Shown here in pieces: positions 54,015-62,654 of a stretch of 64,000 nt of DNA; the first letter of the stretch is position 1; every line of letters begins with the position of its first letter. A model generated the notes under the pieces. It was given only the letters and a program-made list of their open reading frames with translations, had not been told where the DNA came from and did no database searches. Source of the DNA: Comamonadaceae bacterium (lineage in GTDB: Bacteria; Pseudomonadota; Gammaproteobacteria; Burkholderiales; Burkholderiaceae_C); NCBI GenBank assembly GCA_027483665.1, contig JAIXUC010000020.1, forward strand, positions 68,719-132,718, written 5' to 3'. Made by a program: the position numbers and the translations under genes.

Positions 54015-55055
54015 GTGAAGAGTTGGCCCACAACCACGGCTTTGGCTTTGTGCCTTGGCATGCTCAGCGCGGCCTGCTTGGCACAACCCAGCGCACCGCG
54101 CTGGCCCACGCTCAACGGCCAGGCCCCTTTGGTGATTGGCCACCGGGGTGCCAGCGGCTACCTGCCCGAGCACACGCTGGAGGCTTACCGATTGGCGGTG
54201 GAGCAAGGCGCGGACTTCATCGAGCCCGACTTGGTCGCCACCAAAGACGGCGCACTGATTGCGCGGCACGAACCCAACATCAGCGCCACCACCGATGTGG
54301 CTACCCGCCCGGAGTTCGCCAGCCGCAAGACCCGCAAAACCATCGACGGCGCAGAAGAAGAGGGCTGGTTCGCCTCGGACTTCACGCTGGCGGAGATCAA
54401 AACCCTGCGCGCGGTGCAGACCATGCCGGAGCGCGACCAAAGCCACAACGGCCGCTACGCCGTGCCCACGCTGCAAGAGGTGCTGGCGCTGGCGCGCCGC
54501 TTGAGTGAGCAAACCGGCCGAACCATTGGCATCTACCCCGAAACCAAGCACCCGCGCTGGCACCGCACCTTGGGCCTAGGCCTCGAAGACCGCTTGCTGG
54601 CTGCACTGGCACAAGCCGGGCTGACACAGCGCGACTCGCCCGTGATCCTGCAGTCGTTCGATCCGGCCAGCTTGCAAGCCATGCGGGGCCGCAGCGCCGT
54701 GCGCATGGTGCAACTGTTGGCGCCCGGCGCGTCCAACCTGGGGGCCGCCGCAACTTCAGGGACTGGCCAAAGCCGCCCGCTCAGTCCACTCAGCCCACAG
54801 ACTTTGCGGGAGATCCGCGCCTACGCCGATGGCATCGGCCCCTTCAAAACCGATCTCTTGCCGCCCAGCACGCTGCTGCGCGATGCGCACGCCGCCGATC
54901 TGTTCGTGCACGCCTACACCTTCCGCAACGAAGCGCGGCGCGTGGCAGCCCCGTTCCAGGGCGACCCGCTGGCCGAGTACCGGGCGTTCTATGGCTGGGG
55001 CGTGGACGGCGTCTTCAGCGACTTCCCCGACACCGCGGTGGCTGCGCGCCGCTGA
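54015..55055 (+). CDS. Periplasmic glycerophosphodiester phosphodiesterase (GlpQ-like)
   Basis: Signal peptide then [45 protein letters not shown] and [11 protein letters not shown] start. Confidence 0.85.
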   Translation: MKSWPTTTALALCLGMLSAACLAQPSAPRWPTLNGQAPLVIGHRGASGYLPEHTLEAYRLAVEQGADFIEPDLVATKDGALIARHEPNISATTDVATRPEFASRKTRKTIDGAEEEGWFASDFTLAEIKTLRAVQTMPERDQSHNGRYAVPTLQEVLALARRLSEQTGRTIGIYPETKHPRWHRTLGLGLEDRLLAALAQAGLTQRDSPVILQSFDPASLQAMRGRSAVRMVQLLAPGASNLGAAATSGTGQSRPLSPLSPQTLREIRAYADGIGPFKTDLLPPSTLLRDAHAADLFVHAYTFRNEARRVAAPFQGDPLAEYRAFYGWGVDGVFSDFPDTAVAARR

Positions 55056-55117
55056 TCCGTGGTGGGCCTTCGCTGAAGGGTTCGTTGACGGGGGTGGTTC
55101 GTGGCTTGCCGCCAAAG

Positions 55118-56203
55118 TCAGCGCAAAGCCAGCGCTTGCGCCACGCGCTCGGGCGCGATGTCATTCAAGCAGCGCGTGTGGCCCAGCGGGCATTCGCGCT
55201 CGAAGCAGGGCGCGCAGTCCAGCGGGGGCTGGTAGGACGGGTCGTCTTTGAGCCAAAGCACCTGCGCCCGGTCACTCAGCGGGGGCGTGTGCTTCGGGCT
55301 CGACGAGCCAAACACCGCCACCTGCGGCACGCCAAAGGCAGCGGCCACGTGCATCAGGCCAGAGTCGTTGCTGACCACGCTGTGTGCTTGGGCAATGAGC
55401 GCCAAGGCGTCGATGAGCGAAGTAAGGCCTGCCAAGTTGCTGCAAGCGTGCGGCCTGGGTTGGGCGGATTCAGGCTGAGATGGGTCGTTTTTTTGCGCAC
55501 GGAGGTTGGAGCGCATCGACTGCGCAGCCTGAGCAATTTCTTCGCAAAGCGCAGCTTCTTTAGCCGAGCCCAGCAACAACACCGGCTGGTCCAGTTGAGC
55601 AGCCAGCGCCGCGAAGTGCTGTGCTGGCCAGCGCTTGGCCGGGCCAAATTCCGCACCCGGCGCGAACACGGTGTAGCTGTGCGGCTGCAGCTGCTGTTGG
55701 CTCAATGCAGCTTGCAAAACATCGGCTGGCAGCTTCAGCTGTGGGCGATCACTCTCAACGCCAGCCTCGCCGCTGAGCGCGGAATAGAAAGCCACCATGG
55801 GCGGCTTGTCTGCGCCGTGACCACGGGCCGGGTTTTTCAGCCGGTGCGTCAACAGCCCCACCCGCGCTTCGCCCAAATAGCCCACGCGCTTCGGAATGCC
55901 CGCCAGCAGTGGCAGCAGCGCGCTCTTGAGTGAGTTGGGCAGCACGTAGGCCACGTCGAAGCGGCCCTCGATCTGCCGCGCGATGCGCCTGCGGGCTTGC
56001 AACTGCAGGCCACCATGCGCAAAGGGCAACTCGATCACCTCCCTCACCTGCGGCATGGCGCGGTAGACCGGCGCCACCCAGGGCAACGCGGCCACGCTCA
56101 AAACTTCGCCCCGTGCTGCCAGCCGCCGCAGCAGCGGCTCGGTCATGACGGCGTCGCCGATCCACTGCGGGGCGATGACCAGGGCGCGGGTGGCGCCCGT
56201 CAT
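55118..56203 (-). CDS. waaF: ADP-heptose:LPS heptosyltransferase II
   Basis: ALVIAPQWIGDAVMTEPLL..., VFAPGAEFGPAKRWP and VVSNDSGLMHVAAAFGVPQVAVFGSSSP. Start taken at ATG 56203. Carries a short low-complexity insert (QSMRSNLRAQKNDPSQPESAQPRP). Confidence 0.85.
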   Translation of the reverse strand: MTGATRALVIAPQWIGDAVMTEPLLRRLAARGEVLSVAALPWVAPVYRAMPQVREVIELPFAHGGLQLQARRRIARQIEGRFDVAYVLPNSLKSALLPLLAGIPKRVGYLGEARVGLLTHRLKNPARGHGADKPPMVAFYSALSGEAGVESDRPQLKLPADVLQAALSQQQLQPHSYTVFAPGAEFGPAKRWPAQHFAALAAQLDQPVLLLGSAKEAALCEEIAQAAQSMRSNLRAQKNDPSQPESAQPRPHACSNLAGLTSLIDALALIAQAHSVVSNDSGLMHVAAAFGVPQVAVFGSSSPKHTPPLSDRAQVLWLKDDPSYQPPLDCAPCFERECPLGHTRCLNDIAPERVAQALALR

Positions 56204-56216
56204 CCCCCGCTGCCGC

Positions 56217-56453
56217 TCAGTGCCCGTGGCCGACGTGCTCACCAGCTTGGAGGCGGTAGACCGTGCCGCAATAGGGGCAGCGGGCTTCGCCGGTGCGGGC
56301 CACGTCCAGGTAGACCTTGGGGTGGTTGTTCCAGATCTTCATGTCGGCCTTGGGGCTGGGGCAGAACACGCCGCCTTGCGGGTTCAGGTCTTTGGCCAGC
56401 AGCTCCACGGCTGCAGAGGCAGGCTTGGCCGGCTGAGGCTGGGCGGGCGACAT
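56217..56453 (-). CDS. Small zinc-finger (zf-CHCC / NDUFS6-like) protein
   Basis: GGVFCPSPKADMKIWNNHPKVYLDV...ARCPYCGTVYRL; conserved position between ilvE and waaF. Confidence 0.7.
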   Translation of the reverse strand: MSPAQPQPAKPASAAVELLAKDLNPQGGVFCPSPKADMKIWNNHPKVYLDVARTGEARCPYCGTVYRLQAGEHVGHGH

Positions 56454-56455
56454 GC

Positions 56456-57397
56456 TCAGACCTTCGACAGCCAGTGGCTGTATTTGGGGTTGCGGCCGTT
56501 GACGATGTCGAAGAACCCGGTCTGGATTTTCTCGGTGATGGGGCCTCGGCTGCCAGCACCGATCTCCAGCCGGTCCAGCTCGCGGATAGGCGTGACTTCT
56601 GCTGCGGTGCCGGTGAAGAAGGCCTCGTCGGCGATGTAGACCTCGTCTCGGGTGATGCGCTTTTGCACGATCTCCAGCCCCAGGTCTTTGGCGATGTGGA
56701 ACACCGTGTTGCGGGTGATGCCGTTGAGCGCACCGGCCGACAAGTCGGGCGTGTAGAGCACGCCGCCTTTGATGACAAACAGGTTCTCGCCAGCACCTTC
56801 ACTGACGAAACCGCTCGGATCCAGCAGCAGGGCTTCGTCGTAGCCTTCGTCGGTGGCCTCCATGTTGGCCAGGATGCTGTTGGTGTAGTTGCTCACCGCC
56901 TTGGCCTGCGTCATGGTGATGTTGACGTGGTGGCGGGTGTAGCTGCTGGTCTTCACGCGGATCCCGCGCTTCAAGCCTTCTTCGCCCAGATAAGCGCCCC
57001 AGGCCCAGGCGGCCACCATCAGGTGGATGGTGTTGCCCTTGGGGCTGACGCCCAGTTTTTTGTCGCCAATCCAGGTGAGTGGGCGGATGTAGCCACTGGC
57101 CAGCTTGTTGGCCTTCACCACATCTTTTTGCGCCTGCATCACCTGCTCTGGCGTGAACGGGAGCTTCATGCGCAAGATCTTGGCGCTGTTGAAAAGCCGC
57201 TCGGTGTGCTCTTGCAGGCGGAAGATGGCGGTGCCGTCCACCGTGTCGTAGGCCCGCACGCCTTCGAAAGCGCCGCAGCCGTAGTGCAGCGTGTGCGTCA
57301 GCACATGGATCTTGGCCTCACGCCAATCGACCATGTGGCCGTCCATCCAGATGAAGCCATCGCGGTCGGCCATGGAAGCGGGGATGACTGGGCTCAT
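56456..57397 (-). CDS. ilvE: Branched-chain amino acid aminotransferase
   Basis: MADRDGFIWMDGHMVDWREAKIHVLTHTLHYGCGAFEGVRAY...EGAGENLFVIKGGVLYTP...GITR. Confidence 0.95.
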   Translation of the reverse strand: MSPVIPASMADRDGFIWMDGHMVDWREAKIHVLTHTLHYGCGAFEGVRAYDTVDGTAIFRLQEHTERLFNSAKILRMKLPFTPEQVMQAQKDVVKANKLASGYIRPLTWIGDKKLGVSPKGNTIHLMVAAWAWGAYLGEEGLKRGIRVKTSSYTRHHVNITMTQAKAVSNYTNSILANMEATDEGYDEALLLDPSGFVSEGAGENLFVIKGGVLYTPDLSAGALNGITRNTVFHIAKDLGLEIVQKRITRDEVYIADEAFFTGTAAEVTPIRELDRLEIGAGSRGPITEKIQTGFFDIVNGRNPKYSHWLSKV

Positions 57398-57469
57398 GAG
57401 GGGTCCTTGTCTGAGGAGGGAATCGGGGGAGGATCGGGGGGGGGGCTGGCGAAAAAGCTGGGCCGAAGG

Positions 57470-57952
57470 TCACTCGGGCGTGGCTCTGATTTTAGGCAGC
57501 GCCTGCGGGTCGTCGGCTTCGGTGTTCGAGGCTGTCGCTGGGACGTCGGCCAGGGACACCAGCGCCTCTGGTCGCCACAGTGCCCAGCTCTTCAGACGCC
57601 CGTCGCGGAACTCGGCCGTGACATGCGAGCCGCCTTCGTCGGTCCAGCGGTAGACCTCGGGCTGGGTTTCAGGCTCGGACTGGGGCTGGCCCAAGGCCCG
57701 GGTGAGCGCCAGCACGTGCAGCAAGTTGAGGCCTGCGCTCAGGCGCGCGTTGAGCATGACGGCGCTGTCCACGTGGCCGATGGGCCTGCGCGCAGCGCGT
57801 TGCATGACCTGAATGACACGCGTGATGTGCAACAAACCCCACATCACCAAACCCCCGGTAGCCGCAGCCACGCCGCCCCAGCCATAAGCCCGCCAGGCCA
57901 GCAGCAAGACCAACACGCCCACCAAGGGCACCCAGATGTTGCGTGGGTTCAC
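57470..57952 (-). CDS. Hypothetical two-TM membrane protein
   Basis: 160-aa ORF with host-like codon usage; its start overlaps the radA stop by 4 nt. I recognise no family. Confidence 0.55.
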   Translation of the reverse strand: MNPRNIWVPLVGVLVLLLAWRAYGWGGVAAATGGLVMWGLLHITRVIQVMQRAARRPIGHVDSAVMLNARLSAGLNLLHVLALTRALGQPQSEPETQPEVYRWTDEGGSHVTAEFRDGRLKSWALWRPEALVSLADVPATASNTEADDPQALPKIRATPE

Positions 57953-59337
57953 GGCAGGCCCCGCACGATGTCCAAGGCTTCGTCGATGCGCTCGACCGGG
58001 TGCAGCGTCAGCCCTTCCAGTTCACGACCCGCTTTCTTGGGCAGGTTGGCGCGCGGCACCAGCGCCACAGAAAAGCCCAGCTTGGCCGCTTCGCGCAGAC
58101 GCTCTTGGCCGCGCGGCGCAGGCCGCACTTCACCGGCCAGGCCAACTTCGCCAAAAGCAATGAAGCCGCGTGGCAGCGGCTTGTTGCGCAGCGAAGAGGC
58201 CACCGCCAGCATCACGGCCAAATCGGCAGCGGGCTCGCTGATGCGCACACCGCCTACCGCATTCACAAACACGTCTTGGTCCATGCAGGCCACGCCGGCG
58301 TGTCGGTGCAAAACCGCCAGCAGCAGCGCCAGGCGGTCGCGCTCCAGCCCCACGCTCAAGCGCCTGGGGCTGGGGCCGCCGTTGTCCACCAGCGCTTGGA
58401 TTTCCACCAGCATCGGACGCGTGCCTTCAAGGGTGACCAAGACGCAGCTGCCGGGCACGGGCTCGCGGTGCTGGCTGAGAAAAATCGCGCTCGGGTTGCT
58501 CACACCTTTCAAGCCGCGCTCGGTCATGGCGAACACGCCGATTTCATTGACCGCACCGAAGCGGTTTTTGATGGCGCGCACCAGCCGGTAGCTGCTGTGC
58601 GTGTCGCCTTCGAAGTACAGCACGGTGTCCACCATGTGTTCCAACACGCGCGGGCCAGCCAGCGCGCCTTCTTTGGTGACGTGGCCGACCAGCACCATGG
58701 CCACGCCGCTGGCTTTGGCGGCGCGCGTCAGGTGCGCAGCGCATTCGCGCACTTGAGCCACCGAGCCGGGTGCGCTGGTGAGCGCATCGGAATACACCGT
58801 TTGAATGGAGTCGATCACCACCACTTGCAGCGGTCGCCCGCCGGGGTGGGCAGCCAGCGTGGCCAAGATTTTTTCCAGCTGAATCTCTGCCAACACCTGC
58901 ACCCGCGAGCCATCAATCCCGAGTCGCCGCGAGCGCAGCGCCACTTGCGCGCCGCTTTCTTCGCCGGTCACATACAAGGTGTTCTGCCCGGCGCGTTGCA
59001 ACGCATCCAGCGCCTGCAGCAGCAAGGTGGACTTGCCGATGCCGGGGTCGCCGCCGATCAGCACCACGCCGCCCTCGACCATGCCGCCACCCAGCACACG
59101 GTCCAGCTCTTCCAAGCCGGTGGGCGTGCGCTCGACATCCGAGGCTTCGATGTCGGCCAGGGCCTGCACCGCCTGAGTGCCCGCCAAGGATGCGAAGCGG
59201 TTTTTGCTGGTCGCGTTGGGCTCGCTGGCTTGCTCCACCAAGGTGTTCCAAGCTTTGCAATGCGGGCACTGGCCCAGCCAGCGCGGGCTGTTGCCGCCGC
59301 ATTCGCTGCAAACGTAGGTGGGTTTGTCTTTGGCCAT
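57949..59337 (-). CDS. radA: DNA repair protein RadA/Sms
   Basis: N-terminal Zn finger YVCSECGGNSPRWLGQCPHCKAWNT, Walker A IGGDPGIGKSTLLLQ, KNRFG motif and a Lon-like C-domain. Confidence 0.97.
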   Translation of the reverse strand: MAKDKPTYVCSECGGNSPRWLGQCPHCKAWNTLVEQASEPNATSKNRFASLAGTQAVQALADIEASDVERTPTGLEELDRVLGGGMVEGGVVLIGGDPGIGKSTLLLQALDALQRAGQNTLYVTGEESGAQVALRSRRLGIDGSRVQVLAEIQLEKILATLAAHPGGRPLQVVVIDSIQTVYSDALTSAPGSVAQVRECAAHLTRAAKASGVAMVLVGHVTKEGALAGPRVLEHMVDTVLYFEGDTHSSYRLVRAIKNRFGAVNEIGVFAMTERGLKGVSNPSAIFLSQHREPVPGSCVLVTLEGTRPMLVEIQALVDNGGPSPRRLSVGLERDRLALLLAVLHRHAGVACMDQDVFVNAVGGVRISEPAADLAVMLAVASSLRNKPLPRGFIAFGEVGLAGEVRPAPRGQERLREAAKLGFSVALVPRANLPKKAGRELEGLTLHPVERIDEALDIVRGLP

Positions 59338-59390
59338 GGGCTATTGGTGAAGGCCGAGGATGTTGCCACAGCACCTTCTGCGCGCCTGGG

Positions 59391-59515
59391 GGCGGCACGG
59401 GCTACTCCTTGGCGGTGTCCGTCAGAGACGGCGGCTGCCCCAGGGGGCGGCACGGGCTACTCCTTGGTGGTGTCCGTCAGAGGCAGCGGCTGCCCCAGGG
59501 GCGGCACGGGCCATA
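59391..59515. repeat. About 55-bp tandem repeat, 2.3 copies
   Basis: Units begin at 59391, 59446 and 59500 (GGCGGCACGGGCTACTCCTTGG[C/T]GGTGTCCGTCAGAG[A/G]C[G/A]GCGGCTGCCCCAGG). Units 1 and 2 differ by 3 substitutions and 1 indel. Confidence 0.85.
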
Positions 59516-59552
59516 CCATTACGCCGCCCCTGGGGCAGCCGCTGCCTCTGAC
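59476..59552. repeat. Perfect 30-bp inverted repeat (hairpin) with 17-nt loop
   Basis: GTCAGAGGCAGCGGCTGCCCCAGGGGCGGC (59476-59505) / GCCGCCCCTGGGGCAGCCGCTGCCTCTGAC (59523-59552). The left arm is part of tandem unit 2. Confidence 0.9.
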
Positions 59553-59657
59553 TCTTCTGTCGCGGGGGTTGGTGGGGCATTGGCGGCTGTCGTGCGGCCA
59601 CTGCGCTCTGCTAGGCTGCGCGGCCTAACCAACCCTCGCCTTACTGCCCCAGTTTCA

Positions 59658-60287
59658 ATGACCACGGCCCAGGCAGAACGCATCGCCCCGGACAGCCGCG
59701 CTGCTTGGCGCGCTTGGCTCGCAGCGCACCACGGGCGGCGAGATGGCGTTTGGTTGGTGCTGCCGCGCAAAGGCAGTGGTCTGCCAGGCGTGAACCTGGA
59801 AGAGGCGATTGGCGAGGCGCTGTGTTTTGGCTGGATCGACAGCAAACCCGCCAAGCTCGACGCGCAGCGCAGCCTGCTGTGGTTTGCGCCCCGCCAACGC
59901 GGCACGGGGTGGTCTGCGCTGAACAAGCGACGCGTCAGCGCACTGATGACCGAAGGCTTGATGGCAGCACCCGGATTGGCGCGCATCGAAGCAGCCCAAG
60001 CCGACGGGTCTTGGCAAAAGCTGGACGCGGTGGGTGCTCTGGAAGTGCCGCCTGATCTGGCTCTGGCGCTGGCCGCGTGGGCCGATGCGCAGCGGTACTT
60101 CGATGCCTTTCCACCCTCGGCGCGGCGCGGCATTCTGGAGTGGATCGTGCAGGCGCGCCGCCCCGAAACCCGCGCCCGACGAGTGGCCGAAGCGGCGCGC
60201 TTGGCGCAGCTCAACCAGCGGGCCAACCAGTGGAAGCCCAAGCCCAAAGCGCAGGCCAGCTCAGCGGGTCAGCAGTCAACCGAGTAA
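59658..60287 (+). CDS. YdeI/OmpD-associated family protein (DUF1801-related)
   Basis: WRAWLAAHHGRRDGVWLVLPRKGSG...EEAIGEALCFGWIDSKPAKLDAQRSLLWFAPRQRGTGWSALNKRRV...FDAFPPSARRGILEWI. ATG 59658 is used; the upstream part of the track ORF is repeat DNA. Confidence 0.75.
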   Translation: MTTAQAERIAPDSRAAWRAWLAAHHGRRDGVWLVLPRKGSGLPGVNLEEAIGEALCFGWIDSKPAKLDAQRSLLWFAPRQRGTGWSALNKRRVSALMTEGLMAAPGLARIEAAQADGSWQKLDAVGALEVPPDLALALAAWADAQRYFDAFPPSARRGILEWIVQARRPETRARRVAEAARLAQLNQRANQWKPKPKAQASSAGQQSTE

Positions 60288-60294
60288 GCGCCCC

Positions 60295-60984
60295 ATGACT
60301 CTGCTTGAAGGCATTCCCACCCTGGTGCTGGGCATCTGGAGCGTGGCAGCAGCCGGGCTTGTGTTCGGGCTTTGGCTGCGCTTGCAGCGCCTGCGCCGAC
60401 AGTCCTACATCCGCCATGCGCCGCTGCCGCGCGGCTTGTATGCGCAGGTGCAGTTTCGCCACCCGCAGCTCAGCGCTGCCGACTGCCAGTTGGTGGCGCG
60501 CGGCCTGCGCCAATACTTTCTGGCCTGTCTGGCGGCAGACCGCGCCATGGTGTCCATGCCGTCGCAGGTGGCCGATGACCTGTGGCACGCCTTCATCTTG
60601 GACACGCGCGCTTACGCCGACTTTTGCCAGCGCGCCTTTGGTCGCTTTTTGCACCACACGCCCGCGGTGAAGCTGGGCGACGACCGCACCCGCAACGCGG
60701 GCCTGCGCCGCTGCTGGGCGCACACCTGCAGGGAAGAAAACATCGACCCGCGCCAGCCTGCTCGGTTGCCCTTGCTGTTTGCGCTGGACGCCAAGCTGAG
60801 AATTGCCGGTGGTTTCGTCTACGCGGCAGATTGCAGCGGCTTGCGCCGCCAAGACAACGGCAATGCCGTGCATTGCGGCGGCGACTTCTCCAGCAGCTCC
60901 GTCGATGGTGGCACCGACGGCCTGTCCGATGGCGGTGGCGACGGGGGCGGAGATGGCGGCGGCTGCGGGGGCGGTGGCGACTGA
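60295..60984 (+). CDS. N-terminally anchored GRDP-like (DUF1399-type) protein with (DGGG)n/Cys C-terminal tail
   Basis: One TM (IPTLVLGIWSVAAAGLVFGLWL). Core MPSQVADDLWHAFILDTRAYADFCQRAFGRFLHHTP resembles the WH..H/IL...Y..FC...G...HH motif of glycine-rich-domain-containing-protein-like families. The tail is ...DGLSDGGGDGGGDGGGCGGGGD. Confidence 0.6.
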   Translation: MTLLEGIPTLVLGIWSVAAAGLVFGLWLRLQRLRRQSYIRHAPLPRGLYAQVQFRHPQLSAADCQLVARGLRQYFLACLAADRAMVSMPSQVADDLWHAFILDTRAYADFCQRAFGRFLHHTPAVKLGDDRTRNAGLRRCWAHTCREENIDPRQPARLPLLFALDAKLRIAGGFVYAADCSGLRRQDNGNAVHCGGDFSSSSVDGGTDGLSDGGGDGGGDGGGCGGGGD

Positions 60985-61009
60985 CATTCAGCAACAGAGG
61001 AAAGCGCTC

Positions 61010-61747
61010 ATGCACAAACTGGGATGGATTTGGCTGGCACTGGCCTGGCCTGGCGTTTGGCTGCTGGCATCCGCCATGGCCCCTTTGATCTTGGCCTCGC
61101 TCCCTGCAGACCCGCCGCCACCGCCACTGTCTGATTTGGTGCTGCTGAGCGGCGCGCAAAGCAGCTTCATGTTGATCTTGGCGGCTTTCGTTGGGGCTCG
61201 CTTGGGGCCTTCGGTGGGCTTGGGCAGCCCGGTGATTCAGGCGCTGCTCGAGCGAAAGAGCGTGGGGGCTCTCATAGGCCAGCGCTGGCGCGCCACGCTC
61301 ATGGGCGGCGTGGCTGGTGCCTTGCTGATCAGCGGCTTTGCGCTGGTGCTGCCAGCCATGGTGCCCGGTGCCAGCACCACGCCGGCACTGCCTTTGCCCA
61401 TCCGCATGTTTTATGGCGGCATCACCGAAGAAGTGCTGCTGCGCTGGGGGCTGATGACCGGCCTGCTGTGGCTGCTGTGGCGGCTGGTGCAAAACGGCCA
61501 GGGCAAACCTGAGGGTGTGTGGGTGATGCTGGCCATTGCCTTGAGCGCCCTGGCTTTTGGTGCCGGGCACCTACCAGCAGCGCAGGCCATGCTGGGGCCC
61601 CTGCCGCCCAGCGTGGCCTTGGTGATCATCTCTGGCAACGCCTTGTTTGGTTTGGTTGCCGGTTGGCTGTACTGGCGGCACGGCCTGGAAAGCGCGGTGG
61701 CCGCTCACCTTCTGGCGCACCTGCTGGCCGCCACGGTCACGGGTTGA
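61010..61747 (+). CDS. CPBP-family (CAAX/Abi) intramembrane glutamic endopeptidase
   Basis: Multi-TM protein with motif 1 GGITEEVLLRWG (EExxxR), motif 2 FGAGHL (FxxxH) and motif 3 AAHLLAHL (HxxxN/H-like). Confidence 0.75.
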   Translation: MHKLGWIWLALAWPGVWLLASAMAPLILASLPADPPPPPLSDLVLLSGAQSSFMLILAAFVGARLGPSVGLGSPVIQALLERKSVGALIGQRWRATLMGGVAGALLISGFALVLPAMVPGASTTPALPLPIRMFYGGITEEVLLRWGLMTGLLWLLWRLVQNGQGKPEGVWVMLAIALSALAFGAGHLPAAQAMLGPLPPSVALVIISGNALFGLVAGWLYWRHGLESAVAAHLLAHLLAATVTG

Positions 61748-61806
61748 AGGCCGGTATCGCTGGAACCGATTGCCACAGCAGAAAAAGCACCAGCAAACCC
61801 AAGACC

Positions 61807-62376
61807 ATGCAGCACAACCCATCGCGAACTTTGGCCTGCAGACTCCGGCCACAACTGCGCCTGCCATCTCGCCAGCCAGCACGCGGGGCCACGCTGTTGC
61901 TGGCGGCTGTGTTGGGCTTGAGTGCCTGCTCCGAAGGCGGCAGCATCGGCCGCTTTAGCCAAGCCCTGCGCGACAAACTGAGCACGGACAAGCCCGCCGA
62001 GGTGGACTTGGCCCAAGTGGGCAGCGTGCGCTGGGACAGCCTGTACATCTTCGACGCAGGCACCCAGCAGGCCGCCAACTGCGCCTTGCTGCGCTTGGGG
62101 TTTTTCGAATGCCAACTCAGCCTGCCACGCGTCGTGAAAACGGGCGAAGCGGTGCTGGTGTTCATGCGCGAAGGCCAAGTGGCCCATGCCGAGCGCCATG
62201 CATTGGCGCATGGCGATTTCGGGCCGCTCATGGCGGGCGGCGCAGCCACCCGGCCCCAGCCCGTGCTGCGCACGACGGCGCGGTTCGAGGTACAGGTCAG
62301 CCCAGGCAGCCCAACCGGCACGGCCAGCGCAGCAGTGCCCGGCTGGCGGCTCCAATACAAAGACAAAGGGCGTTGA
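61807..62376 (+). CDS. Hypothetical lipoprotein
   Basis: Lipobox LLLAAVLGLSAC after an Arg-rich N-region. I recognise no family. Confidence 0.5.
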   Translation: MQHNPSRTLACRLRPQLRLPSRQPARGATLLLAAVLGLSACSEGGSIGRFSQALRDKLSTDKPAEVDLAQVGSVRWDSLYIFDAGTQQAANCALLRLGFFECQLSLPRVVKTGEAVLVFMREGQVAHAERHALAHGDFGPLMAGGAATRPQPVLRTTARFEVQVSPGSPTGTASAAVPGWRLQYKDKGR

Positions 62377-62654
62377 GCGTTGCCCTGGTCCAGGTCAGAC
62401 GCGCCGATGTCGCTGACTTGCCGCATCTGACACCGCTGTTCGACGCTTGCCGCCAGTTCTACGAGCAGCCATCCGACCCGGCCCTGGCCTTGGTGACCGC
62501 AGCCCGCTAGCACGCACAGCAAGCCGGCAGCGTGCACATGGACCTCAGCAACACCCGCAGCAACGCCCAGCCCCAAGCACTCTACGAATCGCTGGGCTGG
62601 GTGGGCGACGAGGTGTTTTGGGTCTACAGCTTGGCGCTCTTTCCCGGCAAATAG
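62373..62654 (+). pseudogene. Decayed GNAT N-acetyltransferase: internal deletion plus in-frame TAG
   Basis: One frame reads (L)[91 protein letters not shown]. The N-terminal beta1-alpha1 and the C-terminal ...L.T...N..A..LYE..GW..D..F..Y.L are present. The central acetyl-CoA-binding part (about 70 aa) is missing and there is a stop at 62508-62510. Confidence 0.55.

Noticed and set aside
51916-54033. 705-aa ORF antisense to topB
   Set aside because: Shadow ORF; topB motifs are unambiguous on the + strand.
59391-59552. Possible CRISPR array
   Set aside because: The repeats are directly adjacent with no unique spacers, there are only about 2.3 units, no cas genes are nearby, and the last unit is part of one long palindrome.
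55997-59628. Long + strand ORFs (55997..58591 and 57943..59628) across waaF-ilvE-radA
   Set aside because: They are antisense to five well-supported minus-strand genes and have a low-complexity composition.
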